Virus record (IMG/VR): IMGVR_UViG_3300010392_000664 | Span: 29,005-93,004 of that record | From: a virus | DNA length: 64,000 bases | Strand: one strand, 5' to 3' | Shown: piece after piece, positions 62,574 to 64,000 of the stretch | How positions within the stretch are numbered: position 1 is the stretch's first letter | Layout: each line of letters begins with the position of its first letter | Translations under genes and position numbers: made by a program | Notes under the pieces: generated by a model | Database searches by the model: none | What the model was told of the DNA's origin: nothing | What the model saw: only the letters and a program-made list of their open reading frames with translations

Positions 62574-62993
62574 ATGGCAATCAACCGCAAAAAAACCCAC
62601 AACGTACATGCCACTTTCCTGTATTCCGGAATGCCCGATTATTGGAAAGGAGACGGCAGCCGATGGGATGACGACAACGGATGCCTCTTTGCATACTACG
62701 ATCACACGACAACCCTTCGACAATTGATCGACAATTGGGTAAGCGATTTTGCAAACGGCGGAGACTGCGATACTATCGACGAAAACATCACCGAATTGGA
62801 CATCAAAGTAGCATTGTTGGAAATGTTGTCACCAGCAGGAGTACAAGACTATCACGGAGACGAATTGGCAGGATGTGCGAAAGACTACCGAGATGCGAAT
62901 ACCGAAGAGGATCTGGCAAACGAGGACTGGGAATCACCCTTCGCTGTCGTATTGATCGAAACAGAACCCGTTGACCAGGACGACGGGGAATAA
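62574..62993 (+). CDS. acidic early protein
   Basis: AAAGGAACCCGACAATG start; D/E-rich. Confidence 0.75.
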   Translation: MAINRKKTHNVHATFLYSGMPDYWKGDGSRWDDDNGCLFAYYDHTTTLRQLIDNWVSDFANGGDCDTIDENITELDIKVALLEMLSPAGVQDYHGDELAGCAKDYRDANTEEDLANEDWESPFAVVLIETEPVDQDDGE

Positions 62994-63045
62994 GTTGACC
63001 GGGTAGCCGGTTGTACGGTTGCCCTGGTCAACAGTCTCCTGAATT

Positions 63046-63129
63046 GTTGACGGAGAAACTTCTGGAATTCTGGCAGAATTTGTCAGAATTCCAGTAACAT
63101 TTGCTGACTTTTTACGCTTAGCTCACTGG
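63046..63129 (+). promoter_or_regulatory. repeated promoter cassette, copy 4 (copy 5 starts at 63967, truncated by the window end)
   Basis: GTAAC-16-CGCTTAGCTCACTGG; core and spacer identical to copy 3. Confidence 0.6.
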
Positions 63130-63164
63130 AAGCATTGACAACCCCAAACCAAAAGGAAAAACCG

Positions 63165-63975
63165 ATGACTAACAAACCAGAACCACGATTGATCAGCGAC
63201 ACAGATTTCACAGATTTCTATGCAAAGGAATTCAACGACAGCGAAGAGGCATTGAAGCAGGCAATGGGCTCCGATTATTGGAACACGGTGATTGAAGTAC
63301 AAGATCGGATTTTCATCGTACCAGAGAAGGTGGCCCAAACTTTCGAAGACATGAAGTGCCCTTTCTATCGGCACCGATTTGTTGCCATACTGGAAAATAT
63401 CAACGGTTGTGAACCAAAGGAGTCTCCTGTTGACAAAGAGCATGTGTACGGGTTGAATCCCACACCAACGTATCGCTGCATCGAGGATGCCATTGTTGAC
63501 GAGATGAATACCGTCCACCATAGATGGAATCATTTCGATAGAAAAGTCATCGAGTTGGATGACTTGGTCAGCATCATGCTGCGTATTGCAGCAAGGGTTG
63601 ATCCGAAATCAGTATCCGACTGGCGTTGACCGGGTAGCCGGTTGTACGGTTGCCTCAGTCAACAGTCTCCTGAAAGAAAGATACCCGATGAAAACTTATC
63701 GTCTCATAAACGTAGTCGGTGGGGGATTCCTCATGGAATGCCTCACCTTTGGTTTCGCAGTCAACAATGCAGTCAACATCGTGCGAAAGTCAAGCAAGGA
63801 TGCTGGTGGGATTCACGTATGGTACGATGACAAACTTGTGGCGAAAATTGACCGAAATCAAAAGTGGGTTTCCGAAGAGCATATTGCCACCTTGGTAGAA
63901 ATCGAGGAATTGGATTTCCGTCGATGGTTCGACCAAGTCAAACTTCCGTTGACTGAGTCGCCGGTTGTTGACTAA
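63165..63975 (+). CDS. two early genes (63165-63629; 63688-63975)
   Basis: RBS/start motifs; starts corrected from the ORF track. Confidence 0.7.
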
Positions 63976-64000
63976 GAAACTTTGGAAAAAACGTCAAAAA

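Noticed and set aside
61485-63533. Minus-strand ORFs in the early region
   Set aside because: Antisense to plus-strand genes that have promoters and RBS motifs.
60850-63674. Integron attC sites
   Set aside because: The hairpins run GTT...AAC, the reverse of attC (RYYYAAC...GTTRRRY); GTTGAC does not fit GTTRRRY; no integrase present.

Overview
The window is a 64-kb segment of a tailed dsDNA phage genome (siphovirus-like: HK97-type capsid, tail tube, tape measure, no sheath seen). A Planctomycetota-type host is a weak inference only. Bases 1-57,186 are almost entirely minus-strand genes. In transcription order these are: small accessory genes; a holin, MMP-like protease and thioredoxin module; fibre-like proteins with very long poly-serine tracts; head-tail connector; portal; prohead protease; major capsid; tail genes (with a lambda G/GT-type -1 frameshift); a ~9-kb glycan-modification cluster (three GT-A glycosyltransferases, a Maf/DUF115-like transferase, a KdsB-like CMP-sugar synthetase, a sulfotransferase and four SAM methyltransferases); a sigma-like factor; SNF2 helicase; primase; and DUF932. 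No terminase, DNA polymerase, integrase or tRNA was recognised. After a non-coding strand switch at 57.2-58.7 kb, small plus-strand early-type genes are built from repeated promoter, RBS and hairpin cassettes. Two candidate novel systems stand out. (1) A virion glycan coat: six structural-region proteins carry Ser-rich tracts (the longest ~680 residues) next to a sugar-activation, transfer, methylation and sulfation toolkit. (2) A dense lattice of a 15-bp palindrome, GTTGAC-YNR-GTCAAC (37 tandem units at ~16-bp period, then inverted arrays and copies inside genes), over the early region next to a possible genome terminus. All functional calls are by motif recognition; no searches were run.
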